64,000 nucleotides of DNA from Caecitellus pseudoparvulus. Its lineage: Eukaryota; Protista; Bigyra: Bicosoecida. Position numbers and translations under genes: made by a program. Numbering within the stretch: the first letter of the stretch is position 1; the number at the start of each line of letters is the position of its first letter. Shown here one piece after another: positions 23,501-37,019 of the stretch. The notes beneath the pieces are model-generated. The model searched no databases. It was not told the origin of the DNA and saw only the letters and a program-made list of their open reading frames with translations. The DNA lies in contig CBFFRQ010000002.1 in assembly GCA_965644315.1 (NCBI GenBank), positions 1-64,000 of the forward strand. Direction: 5' to 3'.

Positions 23501-26500
23501 GCTGCGGCCTTCCGACACACTGCCAGCCGCATTGGCGCTGTGGACCACAACTTCGTATCTTGTGCCTGGCGCAAGCGGATTGCTGAGGCATAGCTCGTCG
23601 CCTGAACAGACCAAGCTCCACTGGGCACTCGTGGCAGAGCCCACACTGTGCAGCGGCGCCAGCCACTGCGACGCCTGCACGTCCCACAAGCCCACAGAGT
23701 GGCTCAGGGCAGTGGACGCCGTCGCGGCCTCAGCGTCGTACACCAGCCAGCAGCCCCACACTGTCTGAGTGCCAGCGTTCCAGGCTTCGCTGGGCAAGCC
23801 AGCCACACCGCCCAGTCGAGCGGCACATTGTGCTCCCGTGCGAACAGCAATGTTGGCCGGCCCAGCACCTGCCACGACGAAGCCGCTTGATGCCGTGTCT
23901 GTCACCAGTCCCGCACTGCTCACCAGTCGCAGCAAGCCGTACACCCATCCAGACGTGCCGCTGGGCAGTGGCGCCGAGCAGTTCCCGGCACTGGCCCCCA
24001 CCTCCACGTTCGCGTCAGATAGGGGCACAATGTCAGCTGCGCCAGGCGTGCTGCCCCAGCCACACTGCACTTGGACAATGTCGCTCTCGGCGTCTCGTGC
24101 CCGCAGCCAAGCCATGGTCGCGGTGGCGCCAGCCACGAGCTGCGCATCTGCCGTGGCAGACACACGCTGTGCAAGTGCACCTGGCGCGAGCCCCGCCACA
24201 TCCCACACCGCCTGCACCTTGGGTGGAGTGGCGTCAACAGCCGGAGCAATCACGGCAATGCTGGACACGCGACCAGCAGAGTTGCCCAGTGCAACTCCAG
24301 AGTAGCCACGCTGGCCGTGCTGCAGGGCTCCAAGCCCAGGCACAAGGAGGGGAATGCTGCTCACGTCTGCGCCAGGGGCCAAGATCACCGCGGAGCCGTC
24401 TGCCCGCAGCACCTGCTGCCCGCCAAGACTGGAGCCCATGGCGTGCAGCATGGTCGCAAGGGCCGCTTGGCTATCGGAAGCAGCTGTCACGTTCAGTGCC
24501 AGGGCTGGACTGACGCCTCGCCCAGGCACAGAGCAGGGCAAACAGAGACTGAGAGAGTCCCCTGTACCGGCCTTGAAGGTGCCTGCTGGACAAGGCGTGC
24601 AGCTACCGCTGTGGCTGAAGGTGCCTGGAGCACACGTCCCAGGGGCAGTGGGCGGAGGTGGCACGCTTGGGCCAGCACTGCAAGCACCAGCACACGGCTC
24701 GCAAGCACCCGTCACGGCGTTCAGCTCGTACCCTGCCCCACACACGCACATGCCGCCACCTGCGGTGAAGTCGGGGACAAACACGGCATGCTCCTGAACA
24801 CATCCGCACGTTGTGCGATCAGAGCTGACAGGGACGATGCCGAGCAGCGCACTCTGCAGGCGAATGTCGTGAGCCACGTCAGGCGCACTGTCGTCACAGA
24901 CGATGCCATCAGACGACACCTCCGTCACGAGGCCAGCCGCGTTTGTGGCCCACACTGTGGCGTACACAGCCTGGCCTGGCTGCAGTGCCAGCTTGCGAGC
25001 TTGTGCGAAGGTGCGGCGCCCGACCGAGCTGCGAGGCACGATGCCACACTGCCCAGGGGCGTCCCCCGCACACCACTCGTACTTGCTCACGCCTGCCGCG
25101 TCAAAGAAGTCGCCCCACGATGCCTGCACAAGGGAGCAGTCAGGTGTGAACGCATCGTCCACTCCTGGGTGCGGTGAGTCCCACACCGAGCCGCCTGTGG
25201 GTCCACTCGTGATGACAGCGGCGCCGTTTGAGTACACCGTGGTGCTCAGCCCCGCAGCGTTCACAGCCGTCACAGAGCACGTGTAGCGCTGCTGATTGAG
25301 CAGTTCACTGCCTGGGGGGAAGGTGAAGGTGTGTGTGGTGGGGCTGGAGACTGGGACCAGCGCTGGCCCAGCGGCAGCTGCCCCCTCGCTGGAGCCCAGC
25401 TTCAGCACGATGGAGTAGTGCGCGATGGGGGACACGTCGTCTCGGAAGCCGCTCCAGGAGCAGGCATATGCAGTATCGGTGCTGGTGAATGTCAAGTCAC
25501 TGCTCTCGCCGTCCCAGACACTGCCTGGGAGAGGTGGCGTGACGTCAGGGATGACGATCCTGGACACCGTCGTGCTGGCGTGTCCAGCTGCGTTCAGCCC
25601 CACGAGGGAGAGGTGGTACTCCTGCCCTTGCACCAGCTCCAAGTCTGAGAAGGTCACATTGCGCGAGTGTTTCTGGTCTTCAAACACCCGCACTTGCTGG
25701 CCATACGGCCGCGTCCCAAGCGCAGCAGTGTAGGTTGTCAAGGCTGCGTCTGATTCAGCATCTTCAAAGGCGCCCCACGTCGCGGCCACGGTGTTCAGTG
25801 ACGCCACGTACAAGACTTCAGGCAACCCTAAAGCAGCCAAGTTGATGGCGTGGGAGATGGAAACGTTGGAGGGGGCAGATGCCGTCACGTCAGGCGTGAA
25901 GTGCGCGTGGTGCACACGAGTGGCCGTGCCAGCGCGAGCAACCACGGTTGCAGTGTACTGCATCCCAGGCGTGAGGGTCAGGCCGTACACGCTGGCATGT
26001 GTGGCTGTGCCCACATCAGTCAGCGCCTTCACGTCCCCAACCCCAGCAGCAGTGCCCAGGGCCCACTGGAAGGTGAAGTGCGGCACAGCTGTGCCGTTCT
26101 CAGTGTCCCCCGTGCTGGTCCAGGTCTCCCCAGGTGGCGCCAGGGTGTTTGACAGCACACTCCACTCAACTTCCAGGTGCTTGTCCGAGCTGGTGTATGT
26201 GGCCAGGACAGGGGAAGGCTCCGGCTCCACGAGCACGCCCCGTCCATCCACCTGCACTGCGCCGGTGCTGTCAACGACCACACCTGCCGCAGGGGCCACA
26301 GAGCTCAGCCCCGCACGGTTTGTCATGCGCACCCTGACGTAGTACTTCTCCCCGTTCACGAGCGCAGCAGGGACAGAGCAGGAGGTCGCGAGGCCGACGC
26401 TGCTGAATGGTGCCACATCACAAGTGTCCGCACTGGTCCCAACACAGCAGGCAAAGGAGTCCAGCTCTGACTCCTCATCCACCCACGCGCTGAAGGCCGG

Positions 26501-29500
26501 CGCCGCCGTCCACTGCCAGCTGGCGCTGACGTTGTCCTTGTGGCTTTGGTACGGCGCATCCACGAACGTAGTGAGGGTGTTCCACACTGGGCCTGCCACT
26601 GGCAGGCTCGTGTCTACCATCACACCATCCGACTCCAGCAGGGCAGATGGGTTGCCGACGTTGTTCACGGCCCGGATCTGCAAGCAGTAGCGAAGGCCGC
26701 TGGTGAGGCCTAGGCCAGTCGCATGCAAGGTGGTCACTGTCGCCCCTGGCACATCGGTCCAGTCTCGCACGTCGCGGCTACCCACGTCGCCGTTGTCGCA
26801 CCAACGCACAGCATACTGGTACTTCGCCACGGCCCCCACATCTTCCACAAAGGCATCCCAGTTCCCGCGCATCTCGCTCGCTGAGGCAGTGAAGGCAGCC
26901 TCACCCGTCACGCCAGGCACGGCGTCTTGAACAGCCCCACCTGGAGCAGGCTCCGGAGCAGTGCCGTCAAACACCACGCCATCTGAGGCGACATCCACAA
27001 ACAGGCCATTGGACGCCACAGCACGGACCACGACGTAGTACGTCGTGCCATGGGCTGGCACGATGGCAGCGGGGTTCGTCTTGGCCGTCGTGTTGGAGCT
27101 CACGTACGTCAGCGGCAGCACATCCAGCGGATGGGCCGACAGATCAGGACCTGGTCCAGGCGCTGAGCTGGAGATGCCCCACAGGTATGACACAATGGAG
27201 GCCTGGCCTGCGTCGAAGCCGCCCCAGACAGCCTCCAGAACAGGCTGAGCATGCCCATCTTGGTCCGCGTCCAGGTCGCGTGTGGCGTCCACGTCGTTCA
27301 CGTACGCGGCGGCAGCTGATGGGCGGCTGGTCTCGATGTCAAGCGGCACGGGCTCAGACAGACCTGCGTTTCCTGCACGGTCCAAGCACCTGGCACGCAT
27401 GTGCACCTTGGTGGCATCGGGGAGTGGCGAGGCGAAGGTCACCGTGAACGTTTGGCGCAGCACCAGCAGGCCATGCAGGCTGAACCTGCTCACCTCTGAC
27501 TGCGCCACGGTGAAGGATGAGTGAGCAGTGGGGGACTCCTCAGTCCCAGCGGCCACTCGGCAGGCAGAGAAGCCCGCATCCGTGTCGGCGAAAGTGATAG
27601 CGACTCGCATGGATGTCATACTCGCCACGGACTGCACAGCGTGCTGGGTGGCGTTGAAGCTGTCTGGCTTGCCTAGCAAGGCGGGAATGCCATAGCCAGC
27701 CCAAGCGGACCCTGGCGCTGCCAGAACAAAGAGGGACACATCCGGCAAGGCTGTGTCCACGAGAATGCCATCAGACAGCACAGTCGTTTTCAGCCCAGCC
27801 GCATTCGTGGCTGTCACAGAAGCGTACACATACGTGCCACTGCGGACAGCGACGGGCACTGTGAACGTGTGTTCCCGCGCCAGGCCCACACTGATCGTGG
27901 CTGCGATGTTGTCCACCGGCCGCCCAAGCACCGAACCAAGGCCAACTTCGTACTTCACCAGCGGCGACACGTCTTCTGTGAACTCTGGCCAGTGCACTGT
28001 GAAGGTGGTCGTGCTGGAGGTGAAGTCCAGGTCGTTCGTGGCGCCGTCTCCTCCGATGTCAGCGGGTGTCAGCGAGCCAGCTTGTGGCCCGTCGCGAGGC
28101 TTCTGCAGCGTGGGCGGCGTGGCGTCAAAGATGACGCCATCTGAGCTCGAGACGCGGAACAACCCCGCTTTGTTTGTGGCCTTCATGTGCACGAAGTACT
28201 GCTGGCCGTGGGTCATGGTGTCCTGCGGCAGGCTGTGCACACCAAACGGCTCCACATCCCGCCATTGCCCCAGCGGCACGCCTGTGTCCAGAGGGTTGCA
28301 CGTGCTGGCGTCTGGCGTGGCGACTGTGCGGCAGAACTGGTACGCAAGGAGGCCACCTTCGGTGCTTTCGGCGTCCTGGAAGCCGTTCCACTGCCAGGAC
28401 GGCACGTTCACGCCGGTGTAGTCGATGTCTGCTGTGTCGTCCTGGATGTTGAACTGGTACGTTGCGATGTCCACCTCGCGCACACCGCCTCGAGGGCTCG
28501 CGGTGGGGGCGTCAGGAAGCAGCACGGGGGGCGTCACATCCACAGTGAAGGGCTGTGAGCACACCGCTGCTGCGTTGCCTTCCACTGTGCGTGTGTCCAG
28601 CACCCACTTGTACTGCACGCCCTGCGTCAGTGCCAGGGACCGAGGCATCTGCATGATGAGCGGATTGGGCTGGCCCAGGCGCTCAAAGCCCAGCGTTGGA
28701 GCCCGCTTGGCAACTTCAGTGCGCGCCCTCTGCACCACCAGCGGCGCCAGCTGCGTCACCCACACACTGCGAGGATTGGCTCGAGCTGGCAGCGTGTCTT
28801 GCAGCGCAGCACTGGCTGCCGTGACGGCGTGGACACAGGAGTACGTCGGCATGCGCACACCTGCCGCGGCAAGGCTGGTGTCCAGAGCCCACGTCACGCT
28901 GACGTAGTGTCCTGGAGGGCATTGCTGAGGCGGACGAGTGCACACAGCCCGTCGAGGTGTGGAGCAGTCCATGGCAGTCAGGCGAGGCGCAGCGGTGGCG
29001 CTGGCCTGCATGGCAGCACAGTCCAGATCGAGCACCGCGTTCGGGTCTGTCATCCAAGGCCAGCGTGAAGCTGCTTGGGCGGCGGTGCCGAGCTGGTGCG
29101 GGCTGAACTTGCTCACCCAAGTGCCCCGCTCCACGCGATCTGACAGCCCTGTCCAGCAAGGTGAGATGTCAGTTGGGCACAGCGCCGCGAGGGCATGCAG
29201 CACAGCCTGAGATGGCACGGGGAGCGCGACGCCTCCCCCGAGCGCACACTGCACGTCGGCGACGTCTCCTTCGGTCGTGGCAGCGCTGGTGAAGGCACAG
29301 GCCATCTCACCTGCGCTGAGAGTGACCAAGATGTGCCCAGCTGGACACCCGAACACAGGGGCCTCACACATGGCTGGGAAGCTTGCACTGACAGACGACT
29401 GGAAGTCCACAACGCCATCGACTGCGTGCAGCGTCATGCCTGCTGTGCTGGCTGAGTTGGCTGCGTTGGAGGCAGCAGTGGCGTCTCGCCATCGCACCAG

Positions 29501-32500
29501 CCAAGCTCCAGCCGGGGTATCCAGCGGAGCAAGGGGACCGATCGGGAACTGATGCAAAGCATGCCCGCCAGTGTCAGCCAGCCACGAAGAAGCTCCTGCA
29601 GGTTCAGACACCTGCCGTTGCAGCCCCAGCCAGCACTGTGCCCCTGCCTCTCCACATGCACGGGATGCGGCTGCCGTCTCCAGTGTGCTCAGCCCGATGC
29701 CAGCGAACGGCAGTCCGCCCACGCTCTCGCACCCTGCACGGGCGCCAGACAGGCTGACAGGTGAGGTAGTTGTTCCCAGGCACCTAGGCATGCCGTCTGC
29801 TCCAGGCATCAGGTGGAAGCCAGGGGGGCAGCTGCGCACGCCAGTTTCACACAGGAACGGCAAGGAGTCTCCACTTGGATGCACTTGCACGCCGACGTTC
29901 AGACTCGCCGTGTCAAAGCCCTCCATGCCTGACGCCAGGCCGAAGGAAGTCCCCGGTACGGCACTAGTCAAGTCAGCAGCATTTTGGAGCGGCAGCATGC
30001 TTGCCGTGTCACCAGGGCTCTGCGGCGTCAGCTGGCTGGCGCTCCACGTGCTCGGCGCCTGCACGCTCATGCCAAGCCAGCACGACATATCAGCGGCGAA
30101 ACAGCGCGAACTAACTGTCTCCCGCTTGACGTCATCGTGCAGCGCTGTGCTGGCCAACCAGCCCCCCTCTGCGGCACACGAAGCTTGAGCCGCTGCCCAA
30201 GACGCTGGACTGCTCACGTACTTGATGCAGGAAGGAAGCGTGCCATTCGCGCCGAGGACCAACTCATACCCGCTTGGGCACTGCAGCATCGTGCCAGTGG
30301 CATCTCCGTCAGTGTAGAAGCCGCTGCAGCTGGCAATGTCTGACGCGGTGGAGATGCGCTGCAGGCCCAGGCGGGCCGTCAAGCTGTCACAGCGCACATC
30401 GAAGTCTGCGATTTTCACCGCCATACCAGCATGCACTGTTGACGCGCCTCGCAGCTGAGTGGACAGCGCAGAATACGTCTTCTGTGGGTCGTGGGTCGTG
30501 TACAGGGAGGACACTGCGCCGAAGGCTACATAGGGGAACTGCAGCGGCTGTGCAGCCGAGTACCCTGGGCACGTTGCACGAGTCCCGTCACAAGTGGGTG
30601 CCAGGCGACACTCGGACACGCGCCCTTGGTTGCAGTGGTGGTCATCCTCCGGCTGATACCGCACCTCGTCACAGCCGCCGTCCCCATTGCAAGTGTACGA
30701 AACGTGGCAGTCCTGGGCGTCACACGTGTACGGCGTGCCTGTGCAAATGCCTGACACACACTGATCATCGTAGCTGCAGGCATCAGTGTCATCACATGCC
30801 AGGTCGTTGGGGCGGTTGCTCCAGCCAGCTGGGTCCTTGATCACGTCGCAGTACTGGCACTCGGGCTGGGCGGGGTTCACTTCCCCATGCGCGTACAGCG
30901 TGCCGCCAATGTCGCAGGCACACGTTTTCCCTCCACCTGGCAGCGACTTCACACCTCCTGTGTAGCCTGGCGCTAAGTTGCAGCCTCCCAGGCCGTCACA
31001 CACCTCGCAGTCTTGTGCTGGGTCGTCGGTCCACTCCTCCATGAGGCAGGTCTTGTACAGCTGGCCCTGGCACAGTCCGTTGGAAGTGCAGTTGTCCCGG
31101 AAGGTGCAGGCGAGATCGTCATTGCAGGCGGTGCCGACGCCCTTCTGGCTCCACATCATGAAGGCGCCAGGGCCTGCGGGGTCGCACCAGTAACACGAGG
31201 AGTGCACGTCTTCTGGGAACTCCCGCGGCTTGTCAGACAGGTACGGGTAGCACTGGCGCTCGCCGTAGAAGTCCAGGATGGAACAGCTGTCCTCCTCCAC
31301 ACACCGAGTGCAGCGGAAGCTGACATCCACTGCGCCTGCGATGCCAGGGGCACCAGCGTACGTGTCAGGCTGGGGCGTGGACACGGTCTGACCCATCTGC
31401 TCCAGCACAGGCGTGGGGTGGCCGTCCTCGGTCAGCATCCAGTCTGTCAGGTAGAAACCCGCGCCACCTCCTCCGCCTGTCATGGCTGTGGAGGTGCGGG
31501 CAGCGCCAGTGCCGCCGCCATAGAAGCCGTCCCCACCGCTAGGGACGTAGGAGGCGCATGTGGCGCCATTGCAATCTGTGCCATCATACGCCCCGCCTGC
31601 AATGCGGTCGCCGTCTTCGCCTTGGCCCAAGTTGCCTGTTGTGGGAGTGGTGGCAACTCCACCAATGCCTGGTCCGCCGCCCCAAGCACCTTCGCCGCCC
31701 GTCACAGCTGTGGCACCTGAGCCAATGGAAGGCGCAGTGCCGCCGAGAATACCGCCTCCTGATCCACCTGCAGAGCACTCTGCAGTGCCGTATGCGCCGC
31801 CTCCACCTCCACCAACGACTGCAATCTCATCCCTGCGCGTGGGATCCCACAGCGCCGTGCGGCCGCCTCCAGCTCGATTGATGCGACTTGCGCCTCCAGG
31901 AGCAATGGGGAAGCCGATCGTGTGACCCTTCGTGCCATTAGCTGAGAAGTACGAGTCTCCCAGTGGGTTTGGCGACACGCCATACCCCAGATTCACACCA
32001 CTCAGCGTCGTGGAGCTGGCGAACAGTGCTCCAGGCTTGCCGACTTCAAACGCCAGCTTGGTTGCCGGAAGAGTTTCCATGCGACCGTAGAAGAAGCCAC
32101 CTGGTCCACCCAAGCAGGTGCCAGGCGATGTAGGGGAGGGCAGTCCCACGTCCAGCGCTCCAGGCGAGCCACCTGCTCCATACAGGCGCACATCTGCCGC
32201 CAGGGCGCCTACAGGCGAGGTGACGGTGTGCACGCCTGGCTGGGCGATGCGATAGCGGGCCCCGAATGGGCACTGGAGCGCTTGTTGGGAGATGGTTTGG
32301 ATCATGACGTGTCCCCGCAGCAGCTTGGCACGGCCGCCTGTGGCGCTGCGGTGCACCTCTGTAGGGAAGGCGGGAATGTCTTCCCACCCGCCCAGCAGCT
32401 GTGCGAACTGGACTTGGGCGTCAGAGGCGAAGCTCGTGCCGCCTCCACCACCTCCGACAACGCTAGCCAGACCTTCCGCCCGAAAGCCCCCTTCTCCGCC

Positions 32501-35500
32501 AGCTGATCCAGCTCCGCCGCCCATGTGCCCGCCACCGCCCTGCCCTCCGCTGGTGCGCACGCGGAACTCCGTGCAACCTGGCACACCAGCTCGATTCCGA
32601 CCACCGCCCACCCCCCATGGGCACTTGTCCGCTGTGCGCTGGTCAGTGCCACGATAAATGCCGCCCGCACCAAAGCCAGCGTCTTGCAGGGAACCTGCGA
32701 GGTTCGACGTGGCCAGCGTGCCTCCCTGTCCACCATAGGCCACCAAGAAGTGCGAACTCGACTTGGACTGCAGGCCTGCCTCTCCGTCCCCTCCATCATG
32801 GGCACCGCCTGCTCCTCCCTTGCCTGTTCCACCACCTCCGCCTCCGCCTGCCACGAGCAGCTCAGACGTGTAAGAAATAGCCACGTCAGAACGCAGTCTA
32901 CGGCCATCAAGGACACCAGAGCGCTGTCCGCCCAAGCCAGATCCCTGCAGGTTTGTGTACGTGAACGCGCTGGACGTCTCCACCGCGAGAACAGCCTCGT
33001 TGGCGTGGTTCCATCCCATGCGGTGCCCACCCACTTCCACGACGAACTCGTCCCCGCCCTTGACGGCAATGTAGCCGGAGGCATATGCGCCTGCTCCGCC
33101 TGGCTGGGTGTGGATGAGGTGCGATCCACCTCCAGCACCTCGTGCCTTGATGAGGATAAAGTGCACTCCAGCCGGCACTGTGAAGACACAGGTGCTGGAA
33201 GGGGCGTGGAAGTTGTGCAGGGTTGGGTTGGTGCCGACCGTTTGTGCCGTTTGAAGATCACAGGGCGGGATATACTCGCAGATGAATGCCCGCCCAGTGT
33301 TCGCGTTGGACGTGGTGCGCAGGAACAGCCCAGCCGCGTCCATGAAAGCGTACCGTCCGCCGCTAAAGCCGGCCAGCGGCACGCCAGTGGTGGAGTCCAC
33401 AGCCCACAAGCTGCCTTCGCCATACCGCCCTCCATCGCTTGCCAGAGCGGCCGTGTTCACCCACAGTCCAGCTGCATCTGCCCCGTCCTCCCACTCGAAC
33501 TCCCCACTGCGCAGGTTGGCACGCACTCCCACCCATGCGCCGCTTCCAATACCGCTGACGCCAAAGACATGATGTGCCAGGGTCAGCTCCACTGGGTCGT
33601 GCGCGCTCCACAGCTGGGCACGGGGGTGCACAGCCTTGCAAGCAGAGCGGGAAGCGGAGAGGGAAGATGGCCCTGCCAAAAGTTGGAGACACGTGCCCGT
33701 GATGGGGGAGCGATACCAGCCTGGCGGACAGGTGCCCAGCATCTCACAGGCAGTGAAAGCCGGCGTGCTGCACGAGAGCCTTGACAGGGAGTTGGAAGTG
33801 TGGTCTGTGGTCCCGATGCAGCCGTCCCCGCTGCCTGAGATGTCTCCTAAGCCGAGGGAGTTGGAGTTGGACACACCCACAGAGAATGCTGCCACGGCAC
33901 CTGCTCCATCTCGCCAGTGCAACGTGCCGGCGCTGATGTAGCCACCTGTCCACACAGGGCCGCCCAGCCCCATGACGTGGTCTATGTGGGCGTTCCACCA
34001 CCTGCTCTCCAGATCGCTCCACACACGAGCAGGGGCTGCTTGGCGTGTGCTGCCAGCCGGCACAGCAGCTGCACAAGCGGCATCGATGTCTGCATGGTTG
34101 GCGACCGTGGTTGTGATCACCTTGATGCACTGTCCAGTGATGGGGCTGACCGTGTCGCCATCTGGGCAGTGCGGCGGTGGAGCGACACAAGCAAAGCCGC
34201 CATTTGCAAACAGCCCCTTCTCTGTGCAGTCCACTGAGTACAGCTTGCCGTTCTGGTACTTTGCACAGCTGCCAATGCCGAGGTCCGGGTGCGATGGCGC
34301 CCAAAGTACAGCCGGCACAGGTGTTCCAGCATCATCCAGCCACTCCCATCGAGTGCTCTGCACGTTGTACGCAGCTCCCACAGCAACACCTTGCCCAGCG
34401 CGAGGTGCCCCTGGCTTGAAGTCCTGCAGCACCACGTGCTCCAACCACGGCCAGCCCACTGTGCCGCCCCTCCAGTCTGCTGTGGGGTGGGCCAGCTCCC
34501 CGCCATCGCCCTGGCACTGGGAACGCAGGGATGCCCAGGAATCCAAGGACTTGGCGGGGGGCAGGACATCCAGGTGAATCCAGCACGTCAGCGTCGTGCC
34601 GTGTGGAGTCCAGCGAGCAGGACAACCGATTGGGCGATAGGCACAGGCTGTCGCAGTGCCAGGGGTGCTGCAGTAGGCAGAGTGCAGGTCAGATGATGGC
34701 TCCGTGCGGAGGCAAGGGTGGTCAGAAAACTTTCCATAGGTCCACCTGCCGCTCCCTGCATCTAGCATGTCATCCACATCGCCAGTTGCAGAGCCAGACA
34801 CCCACACCTGCTTGTTGCCCTGGGTCGCATCCTGCTCGGCGTTGAGCCAGAAGTGCCACTGGTTGTAGGGAGCTGGCATGCGGGGCTGCAGGAACTGGGT
34901 CTTGAACCACTGCAGCTCAGCGTACGAGTTGGGTGCAAACAGGGTGGCGCCAGGGTAGTGCTGGGCGCACTCCCGGGCCGACTCGTCCTTGGACTTGAAC
35001 TCGATCTTGTGTCCGATGTGGAAGCAAGCGCCAGAGTAGGGGGACTGGGCCTTGAATCCAGGCGGACAGTGGGCGGCGCCGTGGGCATCTTGGGCTGGCT
35101 GGGTGAAGGGCCGGGGTGTTACGGTGGGTGTTGGTGTCCGAGAAGGAGACGGGGTGCGACTTGGTGTCCGCGATGGCGTCGGAGTTCCTGTGAAGAGACA
35201 AGTGTCAGGTCCGTCGAGAAGGGTGTACGGGCGACTTCTTGCCAACTGCACGTACGAGTGGGGGTTGCAGACGGAACTGGCTTCATGCAGATGCCTTCAA
35301 AGGAGCTTGCACACCCAAAATCTGTGAGCTTCTCATTCCAGCTCGAGCCTGGGTTGCCTGATGCATAAGCAATGCACTTTGCTTCATCGCCAAAGGAGAA
35401 CGTCGTGTCAGCGGCCGAATCACAAAACATCCACCGGACCTTGCCAGGGCAACCATCCAAATCACTTGACAAGCCAAAGGGACCGTACCATTGCCTGTGG

Positions 35501-36065
35501 GGAAAGGACGCGGGCGAAGTGAAATACTGCTTCGCCGGCGATTCACGAGCATTGCATACCAATTTGTGGTGCCCTCAGAAGGATATGAGGTCCTAAACAC
35601 AGTCCAAGCAGGACTGGATATAGGAAGGGCTGAAATGACGCTTCGCATGTCTGTATGAGAAAGTGGGAATGTATCAGTTCGACATGGTGATCCCTCGAAG
35701 TGGTGACAGCTCTTGGGCGCCTGTCGGGCGCGGCACCACTCACCTGCTTCGTTCATCCAAACGGCCAAATCGGCATTGTAATTATTCCTACAGGTACTTT
35801 GAGCACCATCCCAGCTGTACCCAAGATCAGTACGCCTGAAGCAGAGGTCCTTGCCGTAGCCAGGCTGGTATACCTTGACAAACCCATCCCCACAGGGCGT
35901 GGAAGCAGCAACAAGAGCGGACAGTGCAAGGGATACTATAGCAAATCCACGTAGCAGGGTCTTGGCATTCAAAGCCTTGAGACGGGGAGCGCTGAGCCAA
36001 GCGGAACTTGCGAGGCGCTGCTTCTTTGGCCCCGTGAGGCATCCCTTCCCAGTGCCTGGCGGCAT
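20564..36065 (-). CDS. Giant (~5,091 aa) secreted mosaic protein: ~8 C-type lectin-like domains, 2 Gly-rich domains, Cys-rich repeats, >=14 FN3-like repeats; exons 36065-35744, 35650-35560, 35494-35256, 35187-20564
   Basis: The four exons sum to 15,276 nt (5,092 codons) with GT-AG introns in consistent phase. N-terminal hydrophobic segment LLRGFAIVSLALSALVAAS. CTLD pattern CP.G........C......W..A...C....LA...W.G....C....F.CE. FN3-like units end in D.TPP and carry W.GF.D.ES. No C-terminal TM helix. Confidence 0.88.
24870..28550 (-). repeat. Tandem array of ~10 FN3-like coding repeats (~120 aa each)
   Basis: Recurrent V.D......D..Y......W..F.D.ES....Y...G..PG..D......G....T...L..G..YY..V.A.N.AGL....SDG...D.T.P. 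Boundary motifs DVTPP, DATPP, DTALP, ETSRP, DGTAP, DTSLP, DSTGA, DVTAS, DVTPP, TSGP and DDSAP are spaced ~320-420 nt apart. Confidence 0.8.
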
Positions 36066-37019
36066 GTTCCCTTTCACGCGCAGAAAGCAGGCAAAAGCGT
36101 CAATGAATGACATAGAAAATTAAAGCTTGAAGTCGATTTCCCTAGGGAGTCTCTGACGGCCCGTTCGTGCGGGTACGGTTCGCTTGGAGATGCAAGCAGC
36201 GATGGTGCGAACCCACCCCTCCGAGGGCCCGGTGCACGCTTCGCGCCGACGTTCCAAGGGAATGAAAGGGAATGCAATCTGTAGGAGGGAGCAGGGCTGG
36301 AGCATGCCTCCCGTGGGGGACTCGGTTGCGGAGCTGTCGCCCGTCAAGTTGGCCGAGCCAGTGGGGGTGATGAAACGCGGGTTGCCATGTACTCACAGTT
36401 GCAGCTCGTTTCGCGCCGGTGACTTACTGCCGCGTAAAGGTTGGAAGGACATCATTTTCATAGTGTTTCGAGTCTCAATTTGGAAGAGTTTGCTCTGCGG
36501 CAGCAGTGTTTGGCGGGAGGGGCCTGAGCCCGGCTTCGAAGGGCGCGTACCAACGGGGCGGAGGCAGCTCGACGGTGTGCCAGGCCTAGAGGCGCTTGCT
36601 GCGGCTCAGGAGCGGGGTGGTAGGAGAAATGAAGACTGCTTGCTCATCTCTGGCCATGTTTGGATGCCCATAGGGTCCGAATTCACCCGCGTCGCGCCGC
36701 TGATGTTTCGTGATGTCGGCTTCAACTTCACCGTCTGCCAAGCACGGCTCTTGGCCGTGAGGGGGCCTCAGCCATGCCACAGCCTTTTCCACTCGACCGC
36801 GGCGGGACTCATCAATTGGCGACGCACACCACTAATCTCGCAACCACGAACTGCTCTCATGCACGTCCTGCGTGCGTGCTACTGCTTGGTTTCCTCTCCC
36901 ACGTCTTTCATGTGGGAGTGGAGGAACTCCATCCCTTGCTTCTTTCTGGGCCTCAGCTTTCCGGCATATCAGCTCGCTTCAGCGTTCAGTCTTGCCACAC
37001 CCTGTCAAGGCCAGGTGTC
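36066..37019. promoter_or_regulatory. Putative bidirectional promoter and 5' UTRs between the two divergent giant genes
   Basis: 954 bp between divergent ATGs (36065 on minus, 37020 on plus), less GC-rich than the coding DNA. A possible minus-strand 5'-UTR intron lies at 36396-36279 (GTGAGT...TACAG). Confidence 0.5.

Noticed and set aside
20564-35251. ORF-track start (MQLARSR..., GTG) for the 4,895-aa ORF
   Set aside because: That start lies inside intron 35255-35188. The real N-terminus comes from three upstream exons.
36409-36417. E2F-like site TTTCGCGCC in the divergent spacer
   Set aside because: A single short match is expected by chance in GC-rich DNA, and there is no cell-cycle context.
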